This document shows positions 28,849 through 39,464 of a stretch of 64,000 bases of DNA, one piece after another; position 1 is the stretch's first letter; each line of letters begins with the position of its first letter. Where the stretch lies: assembly GCA_963666285.1 (NCBI GenBank), contig OY762711.1, one strand, 5' to 3'. The notes beneath the pieces are model-generated. The model did no database searches. It saw only the letters and a list, made by a program, of their open reading frames with translations, and was not told the origin of the DNA. A program made the position numbers and the translations under genes. The stretch is from Sedimentisphaerales bacterium. GTDB lineage: Bacteria > Planctomycetota > Phycisphaerae > Sedimentisphaerales > SM23-30.

Positions 28849-31800
28849 TTATTCCGGAATGGTGGCGAGGTCTGTGATTTCTGATGCCGATAAGGCAGAG
28901 TTATAAATTTTGACTTCGTCAATGAGTCCGTCAAAAGGAAATGTGTATGAAGGGTGAATTCCAATTGTCATTACACCCTGTTCGCCGTTATAAATTGTTC
29001 CAGCATGTTGAACCTGCCCAGACAGTTGTCCGTTAATGTAAATGTTCAAATACTGACCGTCATAGGTTTCAGCGATATGGGTCCACTGGCCGACTGTTAC
29101 CGACTCTGTAGAATATGCCGAAACGCTTTGGTCAGGATCATTGTCAAACCTAAGCTGTGCCCGCCATTTATTGGTTACATAATCTGCAGTTAATGTCCAG
29201 GTGCCAGGCTGGTCACCTATTTGGCGATTGATTATAAACATTTTTTCGGAAAAAGATTCAGGTTTGACCCAGGCAGTTATAGTTATTTGCTTCTGAATAT
29301 TTAATGAACTGTTAGGCTCCTCAACTATAAGATAATTGCCATTATCCAATTCAAAATCCAGGCAACTACCGAAATAACTGTCATTTGTGTTCCATTGAGG
29401 AAGATCAGCTCCAGGTGCAGCAGTTCCCATAATGCAATTATTACCAAATCCGGTGGAGTCGGGTGCAACAGTACCAGAGGATTCATTCATTGGCCAGCAA
29501 CCAACAAGCGGCATGCCGGCAAGGGCCTGAATTTTACCGTCGGATAAAGCATAATTGCAGATTCTGACATCATCGATAGAGCCATTGAAGAAGCCTGTAG
29601 CACTATAATCTTCCGAATCAATTTTTGGATAATAGGCACCAATCAGAACATTTCCTATCAATTCGGTATTGATAACAGCATCCAGTTCGGAACTGTTGGT
29701 GGATACCTCAACGCCATCGACATAAAATATTACCTGGTTGATATTGTCAGCATCCTCCGGCAGTACAACTGCAACATGATGCCAGAGACCGTCTTCGAGG
29801 TCAGGACCACCGATTAGACGAGCCCCCCAGATGGCCAGGGCAAGCTGACCTGTAGTTTCGTTGATCATAACAACCCACTTTTTGCAAAGGTCATTTTCGT
29901 CTCCTTTTCCCCATGATGTAATGATATAAGTATTCTGGTCAGAATTTGTAAGATCTTCATCCAGCTTAATCCAGGCAGCAACAGAGCGAGAATAACTGCC
30001 GGGGATGCCCTGATAGCCTTCGATTTCGACATAGTCATCAATGCCGTCGAAATTGAGACAATTATTGATTATGCCAGGGACCCAATTGGGCTCGCCGTGG
30101 ATAGTGCCATTGATCTGGTATTCAGAAGAATCGTATGCTATTGAGCCAGAGTCTTCATCGAAAGGCCAGTAAAGCTCATCAATATCTGAAGGCGGTATAT
30201 AGCCGCCCAGCCACTGATCGACGAAAATCAACATATCTGAGATGTCTATACTGCCAGAGCCATCAAAATCAGCAAATGTTGAATAAGATGAATCATTTTT
30301 ACCTGAAAGCCAGGCAGGAGCAAACATAGAGAAGTCAGTCAGGTTAACAATAGAGTCACTGTTCATATCGGGTACGCCAGACTGCCAGGCGAGTATTGGA
30401 TAGCTATTAGCAGACATTTGCCAGATGTCATCAGTGCCGTTGGCGGTTTCGCCGACGAAGTCCCATCCTGCATCGAGGAAGGTGTTGATGTCGAATGTGC
30501 CGTCAATGATAGCAGGTAAGCTAAAGAGTTCATGAGAAATAATTCTATCATTATAATGGCTAAAACCATCATTTGAAATAAAATAAGAATTTATCAACGT
30601 ACCATAATAAAAGTTAGCAGTACAAGCAGATCTACGACCTACTTTCGAAATAGGGACAGGGCAGGAAGTGTAGCAATTTATAATAGTGGCCTTAGGTTCA
30701 GGATCCAAATTGAAATTATACCCCAGGTAGCCACAAATGCCGCCACCGGTGACATTACCAGTTACATAACATTGGCTGATGGTGCAGATGTTATTTGCAT
30801 TATCGGCAGAACCGCAAATACCGCCAGTATATACAGAATCTGATGAAGAAATAGAAGCATTTTCCAACCCAATTTTCATAACGATCGCATCCGGCCCTAA
30901 CCTGCCAAATAAGCCGCAATGAGAAATACCATTAATAGTTAAATTATATATAATATGTTCGTTGCCATCAAAAATACCGTTGTATACAGGGCCATCAAAA
31001 ATATTTGAAAGATTTGTATCATCCGTATCAGGTGCTATTGGCGCTCCGGAGTATTGAATGCCAGTGAGGTCTATATTGCACATTAGTTTGGTATGGATAC
31101 CTTCGGCCCAATAATCAACATCGTGATAATTGGGATCAGAGAAGGTAAGAAAGTTAGCCATATTCTGAATCAGGAATGGGTCGGATTCTGTGCCAGTTCC
31201 TTCGAGTGGTACTATCACCCCCAAAGAAACGATAAAGTTAACTTGAGTGCCTGAAGCAACAGCAGAATCTGCCTCCGGTATCTGTGAGATGATAAAGTTT
31301 TTTGTTATAATCGTATCGCAGGCATAAGATATGTTACCGACAGTCAGTCCTGCGTTTGTGATAGCTATCTGGGCTTCAGCTTGAGTAAGTCCGGACAAAT
31401 CAGGAACTGTTAGCCAAGGACCGAGTGAAACGACCAAATCAACAGATGTGTCGGCAGCTACTTTGGAAAGAGCAGTTGGAGATTGGTTTACAACGTGGCC
31501 AACAGCTATAGTATCACTATTTATATAAGAAATGCCACCGACAGTCAAATCAGTATCAATAATCATTTGACTGGCATTTTCAATGGTTAAGTCAACAACG
31601 TCAGGAACAATCGACCATGGGCCAAGTGAAATAACCAGGTTAACAGCGGATAATGGCGGAGCTAACTTTTCAGCAGCAGGAAAAGAGCCGCTAATAAAGC
31701 CTTCCGGTATGACATCATCAGATTGATAAGATATAACACCTACACTAAAACCAGAACCGGTAATCAACGCCTCTGCCTGTATTAGAGATAAACCCGTGAT

Positions 31801-33132
31801 ATCAGGTACTGTCACCCAGTTAGATTTGTCCTGCCATGATAAAGCTGGATAACCGTTCATGAACCATATTTGCTCGGTTCCATTGGCGGTTTCGCCGAAG
31901 AAGTCCCATCCTGCAGAGAGGAATGTGTTTGTATCTTGCATATCGGATGTGGTAAGACCCTGAACGTTGGTAATTGTTCCACTATTTAGATTGTATCCAA
32001 CAGATAATCCTGAAGTTTGTGTATCCCAGAAAGAGTTTGAAATATTGGCATAGATTCCATATTGATATCCACAGAGTCCGCCGAGATAAACATCGCCGGA
32101 AACGGAGCCAGTGGCATAGCAGTTGCTTATAGTGCCAAAATAATTACGCCCGCATAGTCCGCCGAGATAAACATCGCCGGAAACGGAGCCGGTGGCATAG
32201 CAGTTAGAGATGGAGCCAGAATTATTTTTTCCACATAGACTGCCGAGATAATCATCGCCGGAAATCGAGCCGGTGGCATAGCTGTTAGAGATGGAGCCAG
32301 AATTATTATATCCGCATAGTCCGCCGAGATAATCACCGCCGGAAATCGAGCCGGTGGCAAAGCTGTTAGAGATGGAGCCAGAATTATTATACCCGCATAA
32401 TCCGCCGAGATAATAAAATCCATCTACAAAAGCTTCAGAAAAACAGTTGTTGATGTATGAGTTGTTGGCATAACCGCATACACCGCCAAAATGTTGCGTA
32501 TAAGAATAATCCTTCTGAGGATATATAAAGCCGGTTGAGCTGCAATTGTCTATAGAAATACCATTGGCATAACCGCAAATACCACCTATATATTTTTCAC
32601 CGTAAACTGTTGCGTTGACATTGCAGTTAGTAATATTGCCTTGAGAATATCCACATAGTCCGGCACAATAACTGGAAAAGCTTGTTCCTCCGGTTATTTG
32701 GAAATTATCGATGTATAGATTTGATATTGAAGCATTACTATCGATATACCCAAATAGTGCCAGATAGTCATGGCCGGAATTTGGTACATTGATTGCAAGA
32801 TTAGATATGGTTTTATCATTGCCGTCGAAATGGCCTGAATAGGGAGTGCCGTCAAAATCTTCATATAGGGCACAGTATAAATCAGGGGCAATTGGAGCCC
32901 TGTAGCATTGTCGAGAAGAAAGGTCGAGGTCGACCGTAAGTTTGGTATAAACGCCTGCGGCCCAATGATCGATGGTGGTATTGGGATCGGCGAAAGCATT
33001 GAAATCGTCAATATCTTCGATGAGGTATGGGTTGGATGCAGTACCGGAGCCGGGCAATATGCCTCCGGCGGCGAAGATAAGGTTAGTAAACAAACAAATA
33101 ATTACCAGAGACAGCTTCAATTTAGCACTCAT
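28849..33132 (-). CDS. Secreted GLUG-repeat / 3x PASTA / dockerin-like / 2x LamG surface protein
   Basis: Signal peptide; GSGT..NPYLI; tandem GGLCGYN..GSISN.YATG repeats; VPD..GL PASTA units; D.N.D..V..DF..F...WL; two LamG domains. Confidence 0.88.
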   Translation of the reverse strand: MSAKLKLSLVIICLFTNLIFAAGGILPGSGTASNPYLIEDIDDFNAFADPNTTIDHWAAGVYTKLTVDLDLSSRQCYRAPIAPDLYCALYEDFDGTPYSGHFDGNDKTISNLAINVPNSGHDYLALFGYIDSNASISNLYIDNFQITGGTSFSSYCAGLCGYSQGNITNCNVNATVYGEKYIGGICGYANGISIDNCSSTGFIYPQKDYSYTQHFGGVCGYANNSYINNCFSEAFVDGFYYLGGLCGYNNSGSISNSFATGSISGGDYLGGLCGYNNSGSISNSYATGSISGDDYLGSLCGKNNSGSISNCYATGSVSGDVYLGGLCGRNYFGTISNCYATGSVSGDVYLGGLCGYQYGIYANISNSFWDTQTSGLSVGYNLNSGTITNVQGLTTSDMQDTNTFLSAGWDFFGETANGTEQIWFMNGYPALSWQDKSNWVTVPDITGLSLIQAEALITGSGFSVGVISYQSDDVIPEGFISGSFPAAEKLAPPLSAVNLVISLGPWSIVPDVVDLTIENASQMIIDTDLTVGGISYINSDTIAVGHVVNQSPTALSKVAADTSVDLVVSLGPWLTVPDLSGLTQAEAQIAITNAGLTVGNISYACDTIITKNFIISQIPEADSAVASGTQVNFIVSLGVIVPLEGTGTESDPFLIQNMANFLTFSDPNYHDVDYWAEGIHTKLMCNIDLTGIQYSGAPIAPDTDDTNLSNIFDGPVYNGIFDGNEHIIYNLTINGISHCGLFGRLGPDAIVMKIGLENASISSSDSVYTGGICGSADNANNICTISQCYVTGNVTGGGICGYLGYNFNLDPEPKATIINCYTSCPVPISKVGRRSACTANFYYGTLINSYFISNDGFSHYNDRIISHELFSLPAIIDGTFDINTFLDAGWDFVGETANGTDDIWQMSANSYPILAWQSGVPDMNSDSIVNLTDFSMFAPAWLSGKNDSSYSTFADFDGSGSIDISDMLIFVDQWLGGYIPPSDIDELYWPFDEDSGSIAYDSSEYQINGTIHGEPNWVPGIINNCLNFDGIDDYVEIEGYQGIPGSYSRSVAAWIKLDEDLTNSDQNTYIITSWGKGDENDLCKKWVVMINETTGQLALAIWGARLIGGPDLEDGLWHHVAVVLPEDADNINQVIFYVDGVEVSTNSSELDAVINTELIGNVLIGAYYPKIDSEDYSATGFFNGSIDDVRICNYALSDGKIQALAGMPLVGCWPMNESSGTVAPDSTGFGNNCIMGTAAPGADLPQWNTNDSYFGSCLDFELDNGNYLIVEEPNSSLNIQKQITITAWVKPESFSEKMFIINRQIGDQPGTWTLTADYVTNKWRAQLRFDNDPDQSVSAYSTESVTVGQWTHIAETYDGQYLNIYINGQLSGQVQHAGTIYNGEQGVMTIGIHPSYTFPFDGLIDEVKIYNSALSASEITDLATIPE
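32075..32410 (-). repeat. Intragenic 78-bp (26-aa) GLUG tandem repeats
   Basis: Recurrent ccgccgagataa...gagccggtggca units. Confidence 0.85.
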
Positions 33133-33721
33133 GTTACACTCCTTCAGTTAGACACAGAATTTCATAAAGACAATAAATAATAATCTACTGTGAAGTACGG
33201 CTATGGTGTTTGTGCCGGAAGGCAAGTTGAACAGACAAAAATAACGATACAACACGAGCAAACTATCAAAATCCACATAAATATAGAGTTTCTATATGAT
33301 TACAATTATAACAAACAGGATATCGGTAAGTAAATAAAAAAAGTTGCAAGGGAGAAAATATTAAGAACTTATTCTCTGAACTTTTGTGTTACAAACCTTT
33401 TGTCAAGATATATGTCCATCGTTGTTGTATTCTTCTAGTTCTTTTTCATCAAATAAGTAAACAATGTATCTTGTATTTGGCGGTATTAGGACGTGATCTT
33501 CCATAGTAACACCAGGGGGCGATTGTGGGCCAGAAACGGCCATTGTTGGGCGAGGTTGTTTGATTCGGAATTGTTTATGAGGCAGTCACCATTTATATCT
33601 GGCGAGGGCTGTTTGTATTTGATTGTGATAGCTCATAGAAAAGCTTTTTGGATGTTATTGCTGCTATTGGTTGTCAAGTGAATAAATTTAACACATTGTT
33701 AATTACTTTAAATATTTACTC

Positions 33722-33750
33722 TTGAACGATGGGTGCGAAAATGCTACTAT
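33722..33750 (+). promoter_or_regulatory. Candidate sigma70 promoter of the C25 peptidase gene
   Basis: TTGAAC-N17-TACTAT with extended -10 TG. Confidence 0.5.
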
Positions 33751-34123
33751 AGTACTTATAAGAGAAATTCAGGAGAAAAAAAGATATAAATGGCCTTCCT
33801 CAAATAACTTACCTATTTATTACCCATGTATGAAAAATAGAGCTAATGAATAATTAATCAGCCCCCGAACAGCATTTTTTCATGATTTTGAGGTTGTAAT
33901 CATCCGATAACACAAAGTATACAGTCTCACCGGCAATGGTGTTGTCTTAGATAGAAACAATAGAAGAGAGATATTCCCAAAATAATTCAAATGGTATTTC
34001 AGCCGGAAAGCTGGAGTAGATTGCTAATTATTGGGGGATGTAGTTGGAATAAACGTGCAAATTTGGAAAAAAGTATAAAATTCAGAGCCTACATTAAAAT
34101 ACAGATTTGAAAGGAAGTGATAT

Positions 34124-37100
34124 ATGGTCTTTATGTCCAGAATTATGAGATATGTCGCAATATTAGCTATTGCAACTAGTTTATTAAGTAATTATGCAAT
34201 GGGTCAAAATAGCGGCAGTTTTGAGGACAGTACATCAGTAATCAATGTCTGGCTCAACGGCAAGGAGATTCAATATGAAGCTCAAATGAGTGTTGGATTT
34301 GTCGGTGACGAAGCGATATTTATGCTGAACAAAGATCAGAGTTATGTTTCTCAGTCTGGTCAGCCCAAGCTGCCATTTCAAAAGATTCGCCTGTTACTGC
34401 CTGCAAATGCAGTTATGAGCAGCATTGATATGCATCTGGAAGCCGAATATAGCGAAGTTGAAGGTGAGTGGGATGTGTCCCCGATGCCTCCGGCTTCAAT
34501 TGTAGACAGTAATGGAGAAGAACTGATATGGCCAGAGTCAGCAACAATAATTGATGGTTATGATGCAGATATATATGGAGCTGACAGTTTCTGGCCTGAG
34601 TCAAAGGCTGTAGAAACGAGTTCCGGAAGTTTGAGAAGCTATAAATTGCTGGAACTGGCAATACCATTATTCAGGTATAATCCATCAAGCGGTAATCTGC
34701 AAAAACTGGTTGAGGGAGATTTGACAGTATTGGCCCCGGAGAAAAAAAGTACGACTACAAAGAGCCAGGTTGTCGGTAATGCAGAAATTAACGATCGAGT
34801 TAGCAGTCTTGTATCGAATTATGATCAGTTTAGTGAAGAATATTCAGAGAGTGTTGTTAGCAAGTCTCCAAATCTGAATGACAAAGGGTATGTGATTATT
34901 ACAACCAATACGATTGTGAATGCATCGAGTAAACTGGCAGATTTTGTGGCTCATAAATCAGCAAATTATACAGTCAGTGTAATTACAGAAAGTCAGTATG
35001 GTTCTGGAAGCGGCGATACCGCTTCAAATAACATCAGGGCATGGCTGCAGTCAAACTATGCAAATGAGAGTTACGGTTCGGGCGGAATATTGTATGTCTT
35101 ACTGATAGGTGACCCGCGGACAGACAGCAGTAGTGTTCCTATGAAGTTGTGTCGAGATGACCTCCCGACAGATTATTATTATGCCGAATTGACTGGCGAC
35201 TGGGATAGTAATAATGACGGAGTTTACGGTACAGATGATGACAGTCCGGAAAAATATTTTGAAGTATATACCGGTCGAATTCCATATTACGGCACTATAA
35301 GTGATACCGATAATATCCTGCAGAAGTTTATTGACTATGAGAATTCCACAGATACAGATTGGCGTCGAAATGCATTGCTTCCAATGGTTCCGCTTGATGA
35401 CAGCACGCAGGCTTATCAAATGGGCGAGCAGATTAAGTATAATTGCCTGGAGTCCAGGTTTATAACATCAACTCGAATATATGAAGAGAGCTATGGTTTG
35501 ACTCCTCCGGCAGAATATTTACTTGACGACAGGTTTCCAGCGACTGAATGGAGTGAAAATGCATACGGTATGGTTATCTGGCAGACCCACGGCTGGAGTC
35601 AGGGAGGATCCGGAGTTATTAGCAGCAGTAATACCGGCAGTCTAAACGATGATTATCCAAGTGCGGTATACCAGGGTTCCTGTATGACAGGTAATCCGGA
35701 TGCGACAGACAACCTGGGTTATATGCTATTGAAAAACGGAGCAATTGGTACAATAGCTGCCAGTAGGAATGGTTTATACTGGGTAGGCCAAACGAATTTT
35801 ACAAATACCAACAGTGTGGGCGGTATAGGATATCAATATGCCAAGCGTCTGGCAGAGAAAAAGACACTCGGTCAGGCTATTTTTGACAGTAAGGAATCAC
35901 TTGGTTTCTGGCTGCAGAATTACTATGTATATAATCTATATGGTGACCCGTCTATGGTTATAATGCCAGAAGAACCGGATTTTGGAATAGTACCAACACA
36001 TAGCCTAACGTTTAATACTGTATATGGCGGGATAAGTGATGACTCATTGAGTATTTCACTAGTGAATAATTCATCATCCGGTATGAGTTGGACAGCGAGC
36101 AGGGGTAATGCTACATGGTATGATCTTTCCAGTTTAAGCGGCAGCATAAGTGGAAACAGGACAGCTAACCTAGTTGTAAAATTGAATAGTAATGTTGAGT
36201 CTATGCCGGTTGGTACACATACTGATGTTATCACAGTTAAGAATAATTCAACCGGTCAGACAGAAAGCCGCACAGTTACATTGACAGTGTCGCCAGTGAG
36301 AAAACTGGTACACTGGACGTTTGATGAGACAAGCGGCGAAACGGCTGAAGATGTGTCGGGTAATGGATATACCGGTACACTTGTGAATACAGATTTTAGT
36401 ACGGCGTCAATTGCTGGTAAGTATTCCACAGCAATGCTGTTTGACGGGACAGATGATTATGTTGAGGTTTCAGGTTTCAATGAAGATATGTGCGGTATGA
36501 CTATATCTGTGTGGCTGTATCCTGATGACTGGAATGGTAATCGTCGAATAATCCAGAAGGGCGGCGACGGCAGCGAGTTTCGGTTGTTGCGGGAGCGAGG
36601 ATATTTTGTATTTGAGATAGGCAGTGCCAGGCTGGAATTATCGTCATTGCCTGCAATAGGCAGCTGGACACATGTTGCAGCAGTATATGACGGAAATGAA
36701 ATGAGAGTCTATTATAATAAGGAATTAAAGGGCCGTTTCGTCCGCAGTGGAAAAGTACCAATCAGCAGCAGTACGATGTACATAGGGGCAAAGAATGATA
36801 GTTCAGCAGCTTCTGACTTATTCAAGGGCGGCATGGACGAATTGCAGATATTTAATTATGCCAAGGATGAGTCAGGAATAGAAGCGTTGTATAACGGCAT
36901 TAATCAGCCGGAAGCATTATGTCCGTATCATGGCGCAGGTAATGTGACTCTTATAACTGACTTGGAATGGCGGATGGGAATATCTGCGGTTAACAATGAT
37001 GTCTATTTCGGCAGTAACTATGATTCTGTTTTGAATGCAACAACTAGCTCAGATGAATATAAAGGCAGGCAGACCGGTGAGAGCTATTCGCCAGGAACCC

Positions 37101-39379
37101 TTGTGATGAATTCTGATTATTACTGGAGAATAGACCAGATTGACACAAGCGGCGCAGTTACTAGCGGTCCGGTCTGGAAATTTACAACAGGAAATGGAAC
37201 CGGTGGTATTACCTGGGATGTATGGTATAACATTTCCGGAAATTATGTAACCAATTTGACGGGCAATAGTCGTTATCCAGACAGTCCGGATGATACAGAA
37301 ATTATGCCAACTTTTGAAGGTCCGAGAGATTTTGCAGAGAACTATGGTTCAAAGATGTATGGATTCCTGATACCGCCTGAGACAGGTAATTATACTTTCT
37401 GGATAGCCAGTGATGACTATTCAGAGTTGTGGCTGAGTAGTGATACAGATCCTTCAAATGTTTCCAGGATAGCGTATGTTTCAGGATACAGTGGCTACCA
37501 GGAATGGGAGAAGTATACTTCGCAGAAATCAGCAGCAGTGTATTTGGAAGCCGGAGTGCCATATTATGTAATGGTATTACATAAGGAAGGAGGAGGAGGA
37601 GACTGTGCCTCTGTAGCCTTTGAAAGCCCAAGTTTTGGCAGGAAGCTGATTACAGGCGAGTATATTATGCCATACGCGGAAGATTATAACTGGGGGCCAG
37701 TATTTGAGTCAGGTCGAATAAAAGGTGAGACAGCCTATGAAGGTGATGCCGGATATGCCGGGAGTCTGTCTGAATATGTGTGGAGTGCATCGAGCAGTGA
37801 CTTGACGTTCAGCAAGATTGCCGGCCCTGAGTGGCTGACAGTTGAATCAGATGGAAGTTACCATGGTACAGCATGGGACAAGCATACCGGATTTAATCTA
37901 TTTGAAGTAAAGGCAACCGATTCTAATGGTTTGTCAAGTACTGCGATTTTAGAGATTAAAGTTGTAGATATGTTTACCGGTGAGAATGGCATGCAGGACT
38001 TTTCTCCGTTCAGTGAAGGGTGGATGAGTCAGACACAAGGATATCATGGCTCTGATCTGGATGGAAATAATTCTGTAGATATTGGAGATATGGCAGAATT
38101 TGCCAATAACTGGCTGATAGAAATATCATATGGTATAGAGCGATTCTACTGGCCGTTTGATTATGATGCAGACGAAGTGTTAAATGATTATGAAGGTATA
38201 TTTAATGGAGGAGCTTCTATAACTTATGAAGGTATTACTAAATTGCCAAATGGTGATGGAGCTTTATTATTAGATGGAGTAGATGATGATCTGGCAGTAA
38301 AAGATTTTGTCGGAGTATGTGGTACTTCCAGTCGCACTTGTATGGCTTGGATTAAGACATCTTCAACTGTTGGAGGGACTATTGCTTCTTGGGGGGAAAA
38401 TAATAATGGCGAAAAATGGATGTTTAGGGTTAATGTAGATGGAAGTATTGGTGTAGGTGTATGGGGTGGGTATACACACTCTCATGTGATAGTTAATGAT
38501 GGTGAATGGCACCATGTTGCTGCAGTACTATTTGATGACGGCACACCTGATGTAAATGAGTTGACTCTATATGTTGATGGTAGAAAAGCTGAAAGTTATT
38601 CAAGTGGTAGTAGGGCAATAGATACCGCAAAAGCTGATTTTATTAGGATAGGTTCTTATGTTAATGAGAGCGCCATTGGTTTCTTTGACGGCTATATTGA
38701 TGAATTTAGGCTTTTCAATGAAGCATTAACTTCAGATGACATTAATTCATATGCAGGCTTTGACTTGGATTTGTATTTTCCATTAAATGAGAGTTCAGGC
38801 TCTATTGCTAATGATTATTCATTGTATGGCAGAAATGGAGGATTGGTTAATGGACCAGTTTGGCAGAGTGGCAAAGCATTATTATTTGACGGTGTAGATG
38901 ATTATGTTCTTGTAGATGATTATGTTGGAATTGTTGGTCAGGCAAGCCGTACAAGCATGGCATGGATAAAAACAGATTCAACTCAGTCAGGTGTAGTACT
39001 AAGTTGGGGGCAGAATGACGCTGGTAGAAAATGGATGTTTAGAGTTAATTCAGACGGTAGTTTTGGTGTAGGTGTATGGGATGGATATGTGCATTCAAAT
39101 GCTGTTGTTAATGACGGAAACTGGCATCATATAGCCGCAGTTTTGCAAAATTATGGAGAATCTGATCTAAGTGATATTGTTCTGTATCTTGATGGAAAAG
39201 AAGTATTATCTTATTATTCTAGTGAAGTTACAATTAATACTGCGATTACCCCGGGTGTGCTTATTGGTACGTATGACCACACTTTGAGTTTGGGCTGTTT
39301 TTCGGGGCAATTAACCGATGTTAGGATATATAATAGAGCTCTATCACAAGACGAGGTTGAAGCGGTTGTTACAAATTAG
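34124..39379 (+). CDS. Gingipain-like C25 cysteine peptidase with propeptide, LamG x3, PA14 and dockerin-like domains
   Basis: GQPKLP propeptide, YVLLIGD, TDYYYA, GRIP, catalytic THG...GSC, YNLYGDP; PA14 YTFWIASDD...HKEGGGGD. Confidence 0.88.
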   Translation: MVFMSRIMRYVAILAIATSLLSNYAMGQNSGSFEDSTSVINVWLNGKEIQYEAQMSVGFVGDEAIFMLNKDQSYVSQSGQPKLPFQKIRLLLPANAVMSSIDMHLEAEYSEVEGEWDVSPMPPASIVDSNGEELIWPESATIIDGYDADIYGADSFWPESKAVETSSGSLRSYKLLELAIPLFRYNPSSGNLQKLVEGDLTVLAPEKKSTTTKSQVVGNAEINDRVSSLVSNYDQFSEEYSESVVSKSPNLNDKGYVIITTNTIVNASSKLADFVAHKSANYTVSVITESQYGSGSGDTASNNIRAWLQSNYANESYGSGGILYVLLIGDPRTDSSSVPMKLCRDDLPTDYYYAELTGDWDSNNDGVYGTDDDSPEKYFEVYTGRIPYYGTISDTDNILQKFIDYENSTDTDWRRNALLPMVPLDDSTQAYQMGEQIKYNCLESRFITSTRIYEESYGLTPPAEYLLDDRFPATEWSENAYGMVIWQTHGWSQGGSGVISSSNTGSLNDDYPSAVYQGSCMTGNPDATDNLGYMLLKNGAIGTIAASRNGLYWVGQTNFTNTNSVGGIGYQYAKRLAEKKTLGQAIFDSKESLGFWLQNYYVYNLYGDPSMVIMPEEPDFGIVPTHSLTFNTVYGGISDDSLSISLVNNSSSGMSWTASRGNATWYDLSSLSGSISGNRTANLVVKLNSNVESMPVGTHTDVITVKNNSTGQTESRTVTLTVSPVRKLVHWTFDETSGETAEDVSGNGYTGTLVNTDFSTASIAGKYSTAMLFDGTDDYVEVSGFNEDMCGMTISVWLYPDDWNGNRRIIQKGGDGSEFRLLRERGYFVFEIGSARLELSSLPAIGSWTHVAAVYDGNEMRVYYNKELKGRFVRSGKVPISSSTMYIGAKNDSSAASDLFKGGMDELQIFNYAKDESGIEALYNGINQPEALCPYHGAGNVTLITDLEWRMGISAVNNDVYFGSNYDSVLNATTSSDEYKGRQTGESYSPGTLVMNSDYYWRIDQIDTSGAVTSGPVWKFTTGNGTGGITWDVWYNISGNYVTNLTGNSRYPDSPDDTEIMPTFEGPRDFAENYGSKMYGFLIPPETGNYTFWIASDDYSELWLSSDTDPSNVSRIAYVSGYSGYQEWEKYTSQKSAAVYLEAGVPYYVMVLHKEGGGGDCASVAFESPSFGRKLITGEYIMPYAEDYNWGPVFESGRIKGETAYEGDAGYAGSLSEYVWSASSSDLTFSKIAGPEWLTVESDGSYHGTAWDKHTGFNLFEVKATDSNGLSSTAILEIKVVDMFTGENGMQDFSPFSEGWMSQTQGYHGSDLDGNNSVDIGDMAEFANNWLIEISYGIERFYWPFDYDADEVLNDYEGIFNGGASITYEGITKLPNGDGALLLDGVDDDLAVKDFVGVCGTSSRTCMAWIKTSSTVGGTIASWGENNNGEKWMFRVNVDGSIGVGVWGGYTHSHVIVNDGEWHHVAAVLFDDGTPDVNELTLYVDGRKAESYSSGSRAIDTAKADFIRIGSYVNESAIGFFDGYIDEFRLFNEALTSDDINSYAGFDLDLYFPLNESSGSIANDYSLYGRNGGLVNGPVWQSGKALLFDGVDDYVLVDDYVGIVGQASRTSMAWIKTDSTQSGVVLSWGQNDAGRKWMFRVNSDGSFGVGVWDGYVHSNAVVNDGNWHHIAAVLQNYGESDLSDIVLYLDGKEVLSYYSSEVTINTAITPGVLIGTYDHTLSLGCFSGQLTDVRIYNRALSQDEVEAVVTN

Positions 39380-39401
39380 CAAATCCACAGTATCAATAAT
39401 T

Positions 39402-39434
39402 AAAAAAAGCTCTGCTGATATGGCAGAGCTTTTT
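39402..39434. terminator. Bidirectional intrinsic terminator
   Basis: aaaaaaagctctgct-gata-tggcagagcttttt between convergent genes. Confidence 0.85.
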
Positions 39435-39464
39435 ATGTTTATATGTCGGATTTTGTCGGTTTGA

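Noticed and set aside
28849..28863. C-terminal TIPE as a truncated PEP-CTERM
   Set aside because: No transmembrane or basic segment encoded after the stop
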